A stretch of DNA of 64,000 bases, taken from an uncultured Planctomycetota bacterium (GTDB taxonomy: Bacteria > Planctomycetota > Planctomycetia > Isosphaerales > Isosphaeraceae). The stretch is taken from positions 160,001-224,000 of the forward strand of contig CAWJTV010000029.1 in assembly GCA_963845755.1 (NCBI GenBank), given 5' to 3'. This document shows, in pieces, positions 9,829-20,200 of this stretch (position 1 is the first letter of the stretch; each line of letters begins with the position of its first letter). Below the pieces are notes generated by a model. That model saw nothing but the letters and a program-made list of their open reading frames with translations, was not told the origin of the DNA and made no database searches. Both the position numbers and the translations under genes were made by a program.

Positions 9829-9958
9829 GCTTGCCGGCTTTCGACGCGACACGTACTATGCCACCCACTCGGGATCCGGTTGCCGGATGGATCCGGCGCC
9901 ATTCCATTCCACGGCTCGGCCGTGGGGACAGCGAACCGTCGACAGGGAGGTCGCGGTG

Positions 9959-10447
9959 ATGCCAGGTGCTACAAATCCGTCGCGAAGGCGGTCGCGTTCG
10001 CGCTTGATGGGACTCCTCATGCTCGGCCCATGCTTTTCAGGCTGCGCCGCGATGACCCAGGATGTGGACCTCTACTACCGTCAGATGGCGATCAACTACC
10101 ATGAAGCGGCGGAGAAAGCGAAGACCGATGAGGTGTCGCTGGAAAACCAGTTGCGAATCCTCGGTATGAGCGGCGACCAATCGAACTACTTCAAGGGCCA
10201 GCGCAAGCTGGACCGACTCAAATCCTGGGAAGAGAAGTGCGCCAAGGAAGAGAAGCGCTTCGCGAAGGCCGCGAATTGGATGGAGTCGCACTTCGACATC
10301 AAGAAACCGAAGCTCGACGGCAAGGCGGACGTCGGCAGTGCCACGCCTGACCGACCGACCGAGAGCATCCCGAAACCGACGGACATCGATTCGACCGATT
10401 CCGAGGATACGAGGGGCCATAACATCAAGGAAACGCTCGTCGAGTGA
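9959..10447 (+). CDS. Hypothetical lipoprotein with coiled-coil
   Basis: AGGGAGG RBS, basic N-terminus, hydrophobic stretch and lipobox-like FSG-C. Confidence 0.6.
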   Translation: MPGATNPSRRRSRSRLMGLLMLGPCFSGCAAMTQDVDLYYRQMAINYHEAAEKAKTDEVSLENQLRILGMSGDQSNYFKGQRKLDRLKSWEEKCAKEEKRFAKAANWMESHFDIKKPKLDGKADVGSATPDRPTESIPKPTDIDSTDSEDTRGHNIKETLVE

Positions 10448-10829
10448 CGTCCTCGCGCCGCCGGAGTCTTGGGGCCCATACCGCTGGATTCGAGCGCCTC
10501 ACGCTTGCGTTGCGCATTCCAGTCCGAATCGCCAGCGAGTCGATGGAGGATTCCCACCGGAATTCACTCGCTGGTGCTTCGGGCTCGTATCCCATCGATC
10601 ATCTGCTCGTGTGTGCAAGCCAACCATTGAGCGCTCTAAGATTCCGTGGTCGGGCTGTCGTGGTGGCGATCTCATCTGTCGAACTTCCGAGTTCATTGAG
10701 CGACGGCGGATGGCTGGTAGACGCTCCTGCCCCCCTTCTGTGCTCACAATGGCTCATTTCCCGTCCGTCCGTTTCCCGTCCCGTCCGTTTCCCGTCCTGG
10801 GTGATCTCGCTCGGGTCGCCGATCTCCAT

Positions 10830-11281
10830 TCAGGCCATCGTCTTCCCGGCAAGCCAGTCTTCGAGGGGCACGACCTCAACCACGGCGTCCGGGTTGATGG
10901 GGCCGTACACGTGGGGGAACAACTTCCACGTCTCGTGGGGATTCTCCCACTTCAAGGGCGACCTCAGCTTCTCGGGGTCGATCCGCAGGACGACCAGCTC
11001 AAGTCTGTCCCAGAAGGGCGAGCGCGGGGCGTCAGCCCCCTGTCCGGTGAGCGACGGACCTCCAAGTCAGGGGGCTGACGCCCCCCGCTCGCCCGGACCG
11101 GCCCCTGCTGGGACAGACGCTCAGTCCTGTCCTTGTAGAACTTCCCGTAGACGTAGGGCAACTGCTCCGGGGTCATGCAGTGGATGAACCCCTCGGTCGC
11201 CAGGTCGTCGCTGCGGTACTCCCCGTCGGCGACGGCCTGCTCCCATCGGACTCGGGGCGTGATGTGTAGGATCTCGGGCAT
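10830..11281 (-). pseudogene. DUF952 family protein interrupted by a MITE
   Basis: MPEILHIT...SDDLATEGFIHC...KFYKDRT/ELVVLRIDPEKL...WE...LFPHVYGPIN. Removing the insert restores a 109-aa ORF. Confidence 0.9.
11002..11119. mobile_element. 118-bp MITE with terminal inverted repeats and a 4-bp target-site duplication
   Basis: Ends (a)gtctgtcccag...ctgggacagac(g). CTCA is duplicated at 10998-11001 and 11120-11123. Internal hairpin gggcgagcg...gcgtcagccccctg...cagggggctgacgcc...cgctcgccc. Confidence 0.85.
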
Positions 11282-11411
11282 CGGACTTATTCCTTGTCTT
11301 TGGTGATCGGGACGACCCTGGCGTCCACGACCCGTATGGAGTCGTCGGGGGGATGAGGATCTGGTGGCGGAGGGCACGTCGCCCTGACCTGTAGCCGGTC
11401 CGACCTGTCGA

Positions 11412-12455
11412 TCATGAGGCCAGGAACGTCCGCAAATCGCCCGCCAGGGAGTCCGCCTTCTGGTAGCGCGCGTTCGGGCTCCGAGCCAGGCAACCCAGGC
11501 AGAGTCGCTCCAGGGCTTCCGGGATGTCGGCCTCGATCGAACGTGGTGGCGGGACCTGCCCCGCGAGGATCTGCTCTCGAAGGTCGAACGGCGATGCCGC
11601 CCGGAACGGCCGACGTCCGGTCAGCAACTCGAAGAAGACGACCCCCAGAGCGTAGATGTCGGCCCGGTAGTCCGCTCGCCCGAGCGCGCTGTCCAGTTGT
11701 TCCGGCGCCATGTACGGGAGCGTCCCTGCGGCACCCACATCCTTCAACAGCTCCTCCTCGACCACGGCGATCCCGAAGTCGGTCAGGTACGCACGGCCTG
11801 AGCCGTCTAGCAGGATGTTGGCGGGCTTGATGTCTCGGTGGACATATCCGTGAGCGTGGGCATGCCCCAAGGCGTCGGCCACTTCGGCGATGACCCGTAC
11901 CGCCTGCCGTTGAGGCAGTCGTTCGTCTTTAATCCGGTTCGCCAGATTCTCCCCCTCGATCCACTCGGACACGATGAAGCAGCTTCCGCCGTCCTTGCCC
12001 ACGTCATGGACGGGCACGATGTTCGGGTGACGGAGCCGGGCGACCTTCTTCGCCTCGATCCGGCACTGATCCACCTCCTCGGCGCCCACCGGCCGGTCCA
12101 CCTTCGGGACCTTCACCGCCACGGGGCGGTCCAGCCATGTGTCGAAACCCTTGTAGACGCGCCCGAAGCCGCCGACGCCCATCAGGGTGTCGAGGCGGTA
12201 TCGATCCGCCAGGGTGCGGGGCAGGTCGGTTTCTGGAAGGATCGTGTCGGCCGGGTTGGTCTCTGAGGGATTGGTCGCTTCGAGGGGATGGTTGAGCCAA
12301 TCGACCCGGCCCAGCTTCTCGATCTGCCGACGGAACTCGTTCAGTCGATCCGGGCAATCCCGGCATAACTCCTCCGGCGCAGGGGACTGGCCCTGGGCTC
12401 TGGCCTCCTCCCAGCGAACGATCAGTTCGAGGATCTCTTCACGGCTTCGCGTCAT
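11412..12455 (-). CDS. Hanks-type Ser/Thr protein kinase, soluble, no sensor or TM domain
   Basis: GVGGFGRVY, VAVKV, HPNIV, HRDIKPANILL, DFG, GTLPYMAPEQ, DIYALG. Confidence 0.95.
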   Translation of the reverse strand: MTRSREEILELIVRWEEARAQGQSPAPEELCRDCPDRLNEFRRQIEKLGRVDWLNHPLEATNPSETNPADTILPETDLPRTLADRYRLDTLMGVGGFGRVYKGFDTWLDRPVAVKVPKVDRPVGAEEVDQCRIEAKKVARLRHPNIVPVHDVGKDGGSCFIVSEWIEGENLANRIKDERLPQRQAVRVIAEVADALGHAHAHGYVHRDIKPANILLDGSGRAYLTDFGIAVVEEELLKDVGAAGTLPYMAPEQLDSALGRADYRADIYALGVVFFELLTGRRPFRAASPFDLREQILAGQVPPPRSIEADIPEALERLCLGCLARSPNARYQKADSLAGDLRTFLAS

Positions 12456-12464
12456 CGATCTCTC

Positions 12465-13067
12465 TCATTCGTCCTGGAAGTGTTCGCCGTTCAGGGCGCC
12501 CTGGAGCAGCAGGCGGGCCGAGGCCCATCGCCGCTGGACGGTCTTGGTCGCCACCCCCAGGACTTCGGCCGCCTGGGCATGGGTCATCCCCTGATACCAG
12601 AGCAGGCCGAACACCTCACGCTCCTCCACGGGCAACCGATCCACCGCCTCATGGAAGGTCATCCAACCCTCCAGCGTCTCGGGCCGACCCGAGCCGTCGC
12701 TCACCTGGGCGAGACGGCCGCCGGGATCGGTGCCGTCGGTGTGATGGTTGGCTCCGAGACCTTCGGGGCCGTAGTGACTGCGAGCCAGGTCGATCAACTC
12801 CCGGCGGAACTGGGTCGCCGCCAGGTTATCGAAGTGACGGACCGTCTCGGGCCGGACTTCGGCCAGGCTCCGATGCAGCCGATTCAAGGCGGCGTTGAGC
12901 AGGTCGTCGGTCTGCTCCCAACGCCGGAGGTGTGGGTGACGCCGAAGCATGGCACGAGCCAGCGTCGTGAACCGAGATTGGGCGAGGCGGATCAGGCTGT
13001 CCCTGGCCGAGGCGTCTCCGGCCCGATGGCGTCCGAGCAGGTCGTCCGCTTCGCGAGTCTGATCCAT
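12465..13067 (-). CDS. ECF sigma factor, kinase-associated type
   Basis: AGDASARDSL...RWEQTDDLL (sigma2) and LPVEEREVFGLLWYQGMTHAQAAEVLGVATKTVQRRWASAR (sigma4). Confidence 0.92.
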   Translation of the reverse strand: MDQTREADDLLGRHRAGDASARDSLIRLAQSRFTTLARAMLRRHPHLRRWEQTDDLLNAALNRLHRSLAEVRPETVRHFDNLAATQFRRELIDLARSHYGPEGLGANHHTDGTDPGGRLAQVSDGSGRPETLEGWMTFHEAVDRLPVEEREVFGLLWYQGMTHAQAAEVLGVATKTVQRRWASARLLLQGALNGEHFQDE

Positions 13068-13295
13068 GGCCCTCTTGCCCTCGTGAGTGCTCCCGACCTG
13101 CGGAACACTCTCATCTTACCGGCCCGTCCAACGGACGGCAGCCCCTACGTCTTCAACCTCCTTCCGCCATGAGACTTGCACGAAGTCCGGCCCCGTTTGT
13201 TTTCGGATTCTCGGAAGGCTCTGTCCACCGACGGCAGTGGCTCTCGCACTCTCTCTCAGGGCGGTCGCTCTTGATCATCGCCCGGAACCAGAATC

Positions 13296-13726
13296 CTGAC
13301 GCGGCCTTCGGCCGCAACCCCATCGGGATTCCGGATTCGCGATTCCGGATTCCCGAAGGGGATTGATCCGGGATTCCGGAATCGCGAATCCGGAATTCGG
13401 AATCCCCAGAGGCGCACGGCGCAGGGAGCCTACGGAGGAAGACGCTGACGCGGCCTGCGGCCGCAACCCCATCGGGATTCCCGAAGGGGAATGATCCGGG
13501 AGTCCGGAATCTCGAATCCGGAATTCGGAATCCCCAGAGGTGCGCAGGGCGCAGGGAGCCTACGGAGGAAGACGCTGACGCGGCCTGCGGCCGCAACCCC
13601 ATCGGGATTCCCGATTCACGATTCCGGATTCCCGAAGGGGATTGATCCGGGAGTCCGGAATCTCGAATCCGGAATTCGGAATCTCCAGGATGCGCGCACG
13701 GCAGCAGGGATCCTTCGGTGGAAGAC
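13296..13726 (+). repeat. Three tandem copies of a ~130-150-bp palindromic element with internal heptamer arrays
   Basis: Units start at 13296, 13445 and 13575 (ctgacgcggcc..cggccgcaacccc). Unit 2 lacks exactly 21 nt (3 heptamers) in the left arm. Confidence 0.92.
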
Positions 13727-13758
13727 TCCAAGTAACCAAAACGGAAAGGAAGTGCGTC

Positions 13759-14082
13759 ATGGCCAAAGAGATCAGGTCTTCGGAATGGGAAGCCGAGGTC
13801 GTCCAGTCTGCCGTGCCGGTCCTGGTGGACGTATTCGGAACCTATTGCCCGCCGTGTCGGGCGCTGGCTCCGACGCTCGACAAGCTCGCCTCGGAATACG
13901 AGGGCCGTGCCAAGGTGGTGAAGCTGGACGTGGAGTCCGACCGGGAGCTTGCCGGTGGTCTGCATGTCACCTCGGTCCCGACCGTGATCGCCTTTCGTGA
14001 CGGCAAGGAGGTGGACCGTCTCGTCGGCCTTCGACCTGAAGGGGCTTACCGCAAGCTCCTCGTGGAAGCCGGCGTCTCTTGA
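13759..14082 (+). CDS. Thioredoxin family protein (YCPPC active site)
   Basis: PVLVDVFGTYCPPCRALAP...KVVKLDV...VTSVPT; AAGGA RBS. Confidence 0.92.
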   Translation: MAKEIRSSEWEAEVVQSAVPVLVDVFGTYCPPCRALAPTLDKLASEYEGRAKVVKLDVESDRELAGGLHVTSVPTVIAFRDGKEVDRLVGLRPEGAYRKLLVEAGVS

Positions 14083-14396
14083 GGAAGGAGAACCGAGCTG
14101 TCGTTTTCTCTCGTTCTCCCTCGGGCAATCCTCGACCGCCTCTTCGCTTGGCGGCCACGGGGGGAGACGACTGTGGTCCTCGCCGCTTTGCCAGGAGAAA
14201 AATGGGGGGAGAACGGGGGCAGGCCAATCGCGCGGGATGGAGAGGGGAGCGGCTTCAGGACCCGCCTTCCTTTCCTCATGAGGTCGTGAAGTCCGGACTC
14301 GCTCCTTTCCTTTCTCGCCTGTGGGGCCGGGATCTCGACGGCAATCCGTGGACCGCCGCCGAGAGATGAGGGTCCGGCCTCGCCAAGCGACTTTCC

Positions 14397-15638
14397 TCAG
14401 GCCCTGGGCTCGAGTGCCTTCACGTGGTCCCACTTCGCGCCGAGGACGGCCTTGCTGTCGCAGCCGAGCCAGTCGTCGAGCAGGGTCGCGTAGAGCCGGC
14501 GGAAGTCGGTGTGGAACTTCAGGTCGTCGGCGTCGAGGTCGGACAGGCTGGGGTGCTTGCCGACGACGCCGCCCTGGACCGACGGCCCGGCCACGAACAG
14601 GCACGAGGCGGCGCCGTGGTCGGTGCCTCGGCTGTTGTTCTCCTTCACGCGCCGGCCGAACTCCGAGAAGGTCATCAGCCGCACCCGGCGATCGTGACCA
14701 GTGGCCTTCAGCGCCTGGAAGAACGCGCCGACGGAGTCGGCCAGCTCGGCCAGGAGGTTGTTGTGCGTGACGCCCTGGAAGGAGTGCGTATCGAAGCCGT
14801 CGAGGCCGACGTAGAAGATGCGCGTGCCGAAACCCTTGGCGACCAGGCCTGCGATCAGTTGAAGCTTCTGGCCGAGGCCATTGCCCTGCCGCGATACGGC
14901 ATTGGGTCCCTCCAGCAACTCGCGCAGTTGCTCGACCGCCGTCAGCGTCTGCACCTGCTGTCGCTGCACGAACGAGACCAGTTCGTTTTCTCCGGCCTTC
15001 CCGGTCGGTGCCGCCAACTCGTCCAGCAGCCGGCGTCGCGCCTTCTGCTGCGCCGCCTGGCCACCACCCAGCTCGAGGTGGAAGGAGTCCTTGCTGTTGA
15101 CAGTGACCGCCCCACCCCCCGGCGCCCCGGTCACGGCGAGCGGCAGGCGGCTTTGGCCGATGTGGAGGATGGGCACCCCGCCCGAGTAGTCGCCCCTCGC
15201 GACCGCCGCCCGGCCCAGCCAGCCGTTCGCAATCCCCCCTCGAGGATCGGCCGACTGCCAGATGTCCATGGACTCGAAGTGCGAGCGCTGCGGGTTCGGG
15301 TAGCCGACGCCCTGCACGACCGCCAACTGCCCCTGATCCCACATCGGTCGGAAGCCCCGCATCCCGGGGTGCAGCCCGACGTGGTCGTCCAGGCGAATGA
15401 CGTCGTTCTTGGCCTGGCGGAGCGTGGGCCGAGCCTTGTGGTACAGGTCGTCGGCGTAGGGGATGACGGTGTTAAGACCGTCATTCCCGCCGGTCATTTC
15501 CAGCACAACCAGGATATTGTCCTTGCCGGGCGCGGCCGCGTGGGCCGTCCGGGCCACGAATTGCGGGACCATTGCGTTCAGGGCCACCAGCGACGAGCCC
15601 TGGAGCGCGTGAGTCAGGAACTGACGGCGATGGAACAT
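14397..15638 (-). CDS. DUF1501 domain protein with Tat-like signal
   Basis: RRQFL leader; GGNDGLNTVIP, SHFESMDIW, GFDTH, FSEFGRRVKEN.SRGTDHG. Confidence 0.92.
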   Translation of the reverse strand: MFHRRQFLTHALQGSSLVALNAMVPQFVARTAHAAAPGKDNILVVLEMTGGNDGLNTVIPYADDLYHKARPTLRQAKNDVIRLDDHVGLHPGMRGFRPMWDQGQLAVVQGVGYPNPQRSHFESMDIWQSADPRGGIANGWLGRAAVARGDYSGGVPILHIGQSRLPLAVTGAPGGGAVTVNSKDSFHLELGGGQAAQQKARRRLLDELAAPTGKAGENELVSFVQRQQVQTLTAVEQLRELLEGPNAVSRQGNGLGQKLQLIAGLVAKGFGTRIFYVGLDGFDTHSFQGVTHNNLLAELADSVGAFFQALKATGHDRRVRLMTFSEFGRRVKENNSRGTDHGAASCLFVAGPSVQGGVVGKHPSLSDLDADDLKFHTDFRRLYATLLDDWLGCDSKAVLGAKWDHVKALEPRA

Positions 15639-15671
15639 GGGCGGTACTCCGTGGGGGACGATGGAAAATGG

Positions 15672-17211
15672 CTACGCCAGTTGATACTCCGCCATCGTCA
15701 GGATGGCGTGGACGGCTTCGCGCACCCGACGATCGAGGGCGGCGCCAGCGGGCTTGCCCCGGGCCATGAAGGCCACGAGCTTCGCCCGCACCTCGGCGGC
15801 GGGCGGCGCCGGGAAGATACAGATCCAGGAGCGAGCGGACGATGTCCTCGGGACGGCTCACGCCATCCTCTTGGAGCAACCGGGCCGGGTCGAAGGCCCT
15901 CGGCGGCGCCGGCTCCTCGGGTGTGTTGCGAGTCCCCATCAAGCGGGCGATCTCGCGAACAATGGGCCCCTGGCTCCGAGAGGCGGTCACAACCCTGTCG
16001 GCCGGCTCCGACGACGCGGGGTGCCAGAGCGTCCCCATCGCCAGGTCTTCGGCGAAGTTGTCGCGCTCCAGCAGCGTGAAGGTGTTCAGCCAGGATGAGC
16101 CTCCCGGCCAGCCCTTCACGTTGGGCGGTGCGAACAGCGCTTGACCCATCGCGTCGATCGGGCCTATCAGCGCCTGCTGCGGCATCGGCCGGTAGTCCGC
16201 TTCCTCTTCGCCATATCGCCGATAGACCGCCTGCACCGCCCCCAGCACGTATTCGACCGGTCCCTTGATCTTCTGGAGGAGGGCATGGCTCGAGTAGAAG
16301 TGCCGCGAGGCCAGGATGGTCCGGACCAGCGCGGCGATGTCGTAGTCGCTTGCGCGGAATGACTCGCAGAGCGGCTCGAGGAGGGAGTCGGACGGGCTGG
16401 TCCTCTCGCTGACGAGGAAGCGGTAGAGCTTGCGGACCAGGAAGCGCGCCACCGCCGGCTGCTCCAGCACGATGCGCACCACATCGACGCCGTCCCAGTT
16501 GCCGGTTTTCCCAAGGACATTCTTGGACCCACCGTCGTGCAAGCGGGCGTCGAACAGGAAGCGCTCGCCGTCGGTGCGCCAGCCGGTGAAGGCGCGGGCG
16601 GCCTCGCGGATATCCGTCTCGGTGTAGCGGCCGACGCCCAGGCTGAACAGCTCCATCAGCTCGCGGGCGTAGTTCTCATTCGGCCGGCCCTTGGTATTGG
16701 TGTTGGAGTCGAGCCAGAGGAGCATGGCCGGGTCCTTGCTCATGGCTTGCAGGAACGGGCCGAACCGCCCGAGAGCGTGCTGCCGGATCAGGCCGTTCTG
16801 GCGGAGCATGAGGGCCGGGAAGAGCACCTTGGCGAGGCTCGTGGCGAAGTGGTCGTGCCAGAACAGGGTCATCTTCTCGCGCAGCGGGTGCCCACCCTGG
16901 AGCATCCGGTACAGCCACCAGCCTCGGAGCAGATCGCCGCTATCATCGCGCTCCGCGGCGATGCGGCCGACTTCCATCAGGGTCTCCTCGACCTCCTCGA
17001 CATCGGGCCGCCCGTGGAGCAGCCGATCGAGCGTGCCCTCGAAGCCGAGGCGCTCGGCTTCGAGGAGGTCCTCGCGGCTGGGGCCGAAGCCCGCGCGGCG
17101 GTAGAGATGGGCCGCCCACTTGCGTCCCCATGGGTCGTCGGTGGTGGGCTGCCAGGGCTGCCAGGCCTGGGCGGGATCGACCTGGTCCGGCTTCGCGAAC
17201 GTCATGGCCAT
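15672..17211 (-). CDS. DUF1800 domain protein (one frameshift near 15805)
   Basis: AAHLYRRAGFG, LREKMTLFWHDHFATS, PNENYARELMELFSLG, PPNVKGWPG. The C-terminus in the shifted frame ends VHAILTMAEYQLA*. Confidence 0.9.
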
Positions 17212-17243
17212 GTGGCACCTCGGTTGCACGGGATCAGGAACAA

Positions 17244-18634
17244 TCACCTCGAAATCATCACCTCGTAATGGACCTTGCATCTCGCCTTGCTCCCCTCGCC
17301 CGAGCACGATTCGCCGCGAAGGTGGGCGGTGGTCCCCTCGACCGTGTAGTCGAAGGGTTTGCCGCTGAACGGGTCCACGGGCAAGGGTACGGGGATGTCG
17401 GACAGCCTTGCGGGCAGCTTGCCGCCGTGTCCCGCCGCGTAGAGGCGCAGTGCCTCGACGTGCCGTAGCAGGGCGATTTGCCGCTCCAACTGACCTCTTG
17501 CCCGGCAGAGCTTGGTGATTTGGGGTAGGAAGTCCGCGAACAGCCCGTTCCCGCTTCGTTCCCCCTCCACGCCGCCGGCCAGGGAGTCGACCTGCCAGAG
17601 CGGCAAGGACAGGAGCTTGGTGCGCTCGTCCCGCTGGACCTCGAACTCGAGTTTCTCGCCCAGCAGGATGAGCTGCGAGGGCGGGAACCGGCGGACCAGG
17701 CTCTCGGCATAACCCGCGTCGATGAGGCGACGTTGAGTGTCGCGGATCCGATCCGCGTCCCTGGCGAGGGCCTGCAACCGGCCTTGCAACTGGCCCCGAA
17801 TGTTGCGAGGCGCCTTGCCCTCCTGTTCGCGATGGAAACTCAGCATGGCCGCCAGATGGCTCACGAGGTGATCGACGTCGGATTCCGTCATCGGAGCGTC
17901 ATCTCGGAGTCCCTTCAGCTCGCCCGCGACCAGGGCGCGGCCCGCCTGAACGCCCTTGCGCAGATCCACCGGGGGGCAGGGCAGATCGGTCAGCGCCCAG
18001 TAGAGGTTGGGGCTACCGGGCTGTTGCACCATCTCCTCCAGGCCGCCGAGGGTGAGGTGCGCGACCCACAATCCGACGAGATTCGCGACCTCGGTGCCGT
18101 GTTCGCCCAGGTGCCGGGACAGGGCGAACAGCGTCTTGGCGGTGCGGATCGCGTCGTCGAACCGGCGCCCGGCCACCTCGGCACGGAACCGGACCTGGAG
18201 CGCGGCCCCCAGGACCTGGAGCTGCCCCAGCTCCCCGGGGACGTCTCCCATGTCTCCGCCCCGGCTGGACTGAAGGTACTGCCAGTCGACGGCATCCAGC
18301 CGGGCCGCCCAGTCGGCATGGCGGATGCGCCGAGCCGCCGTACCCCTTGAGCTGGCCCGCCGGCAGCTCGGCCAGCGGCATCGCCAGGAAGCGGGCGCGC
18401 TCGGCGACGGCCTCCCTGCCGAAGAAGAAGTCTCGCTGTTCCATGAAGCACAGCAGATAACCCTGGGCGGCGTTGCCGGGGCTCAGCTCCGCCGATTCCG
18501 GCAAGAGCTGATACCGGAGGCGCAGGCTTCGGGGCCGGCATCGGCCGCACGGTGAAACGGACCGCCGCCTCGTCGGCCCGGGAATTCGGGGGTGCCGCGG
18601 CCAGTAACACGGCGGCGAGCAGGAAACGAGTCAT
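17244..18634 (-). CDS. Secreted hypothetical protein, paralog 3 (several frameshifts in the 5' part)
   Basis: Signal peptide MTRFLLAAVLLAAAPPNSRA. Pieces in ORFs 17990..18970, 18013..18504 and 17244..18251 share PGNA, PNLYWALT and IALLRHVEALRLYAA with its neighbours. Confidence 0.8.
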
Positions 18635-18695
18635 TGTGGAATCCTCCCGGCGACAAGAGAACAGGAAGGAGGCGCGTGGTGGCTCGACCACTTCC

Positions 18696-20087
18696 TCATT
18701 TCTGAAGGGTGACCTCGTAATGGACCCGGAAAGCGGGATCGTTTTCCACGCCCGGAGGCGGGCTGCCCCGAAGGTGGGCGGTCTCGCCGACGACCTCATA
18801 GCGGAACGGTTTACCGGTGAACGGGTCGTCAGGCAACGGTACAGGGATCGCGGACAGGCTCGCGGGCCATGCGCCCTTGTGCCCCGCGGCATAGAGCCGC
18901 AGCGCCTCGACGTGCCGCAAGAGCGCGATCCGCTGCTCCAGCCGCCCCTGCGCCCGGCGCACGGTGGCAAAGGCCGGCATCAGGTAATCGGCGAACAGCG
19001 CCGGCTCCTTGTTCGAGGGCATTCCGGCGGTCTCTGCCTCGTATTGCCAGGCCGGAAAGGTGATGGCCTTCATGAGATCGTCGAAACGCACCTCGAATTC
19101 CCGCTTTTCATCGAGCAGGATCACCTGGCTTGCGGGGAAGCGAAGTAAGTTTTCTTCCGGGAGGCTGTGCTCGACGAGGCGGCGGCGGGCGGCCCGGACG
19201 ACCGCCTCGTCCTTGGTCCTCGCGTCCAGCCACCCCCGCACGCCCTCGCCCTCCTTGGCGGGTTTTCCAACTCCGAACAGCACATCTTTGTGCTCGATGA
19301 ATTCCTGGATCTGTTCCGCGCTCATTGGGGACCTGTCGTCCAGGTCGCGGAACACCCAGCAGACGATCGACAACCGATCGCCGGCCGCACCCTTGTCCAG
19401 GCGGACCAGAGGGTCGGGTAGGTTCGTCAACGCCCAGTAGAGGTTGGGGCTCCCCGGTTGCTCCAGCATCTCCTCCATCGGGCCGATGGCGTTGTACGCA
19501 ACCGCGATGCCCACCATGTTGCCGACGAACGTCGGGTGCTCGCCCAGGTGGCGCGACATGGCGAACAGCGTCTTGGCGGTGCGGATCGCGTCGTCGAACC
19601 GGCCCAGCGCCACCTCGGCCCGGAACCGCACCTTCAGGGCGGCGGCCACGGGCCGGAGCTGCGCCACGTCGGGGATCAACGCGCCGATGCCGTCGACTTT
19701 CAACTTCGTGAGGATCTGCCAGTCGGGAGCTTCGAGCCGGGCCGCCCGATCGGCCTGGCGCAGCGCGACTTGACCGTGAACTTGGAGCCCCTGCACGGCC
19801 AGATCCTTGAGCGGCATGGCCAGCAGGTCCTCGCGGCGCTCGAGGGCCTCCATGTCGAGGAAGAATCCCTGGTGCTCCACGGAACACCTCATGTAATTCG
19901 GGATGGGGTTGCCGGGACTCATCTCCCCGAGCTCGGGGAGGAGCTGGTATCGCAGCGCCGGCCTGGGGGCCGGCGCCGCTGTGACGATCAACCGGATCAG
20001 GGTTTCCGGTGCCGGGCTGGTCGAGTTGGCCCGGCATGACAGCGCGAGGATCGCCATCGCGGCGCAACCGAGGAAAGTTCGGGACAC
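18696..20087 (-). CDS. Secreted hypothetical protein, paralog 2
   Basis: N-terminal signal; PALRYQLLP, ADRAARL..PDWQ, PNLYWALTNLP, RIALLRHVEALRLYAA, LPDDPFTGKPFRY. Confidence 0.85.
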   Translation of the reverse strand: MSRTFLGCAAMAILALSCRANSTSPAPETLIRLIVTAAPAPRPALRYQLLPELGEMSPGNPIPNYMRCSVEHQGFFLDMEALERREDLLAMPLKDLAVQGLQVHGQVALRQADRAARLEAPDWQILTKLKVDGIGALIPDVAQLRPVAAALKVRFRAEVALGRFDDAIRTAKTLFAMSRHLGEHPTFVGNMVGIAVAYNAIGPMEEMLEQPGSPNLYWALTNLPDPLVRLDKGAAGDRLSIVCWVFRDLDDRSPMSAEQIQEFIEHKDVLFGVGKPAKEGEGVRGWLDARTKDEAVVRAARRRLVEHSLPEENLLRFPASQVILLDEKREFEVRFDDLMKAITFPAWQYEAETAGMPSNKEPALFADYLMPAFATVRRAQGRLEQRIALLRHVEALRLYAAGHKGAWPASLSAIPVPLPDDPFTGKPFRYEVVGETAHLRGSPPPGVENDPAFRVHYEVTLQK

Positions 20088-20200
20088 GGGATCGCTCCTG
20101 GCAAGCAGAAACGGACAGGTTCACACCCTGGAACCTGGGAAGAGGTCGCCCCTCTCTCCATCGGGGACAATTGTAAGATGTCTCTGACAATTGTCAATGA

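Noticed and set aside
10757..10798. Short tttcccgtcc(c)gtccg tandem repeat
   Set aside because: Only about 2.5 copies, with no other occurrence noticed and no functional clue.
13296..13726. Possible CRISPR array
   Set aside because: Whole units repeat with no unique spacers, and there are no cas genes in the window.
13153..15342. 729-aa minus-strand ORF and other long overlapping ORFs (e.g. 14424..16079, 50590..52302, 52299..54014)
   Set aside because: Alternative-frame or antisense ORFs typical of high-GC DNA, overlapping well-supported genes and lacking motifs.
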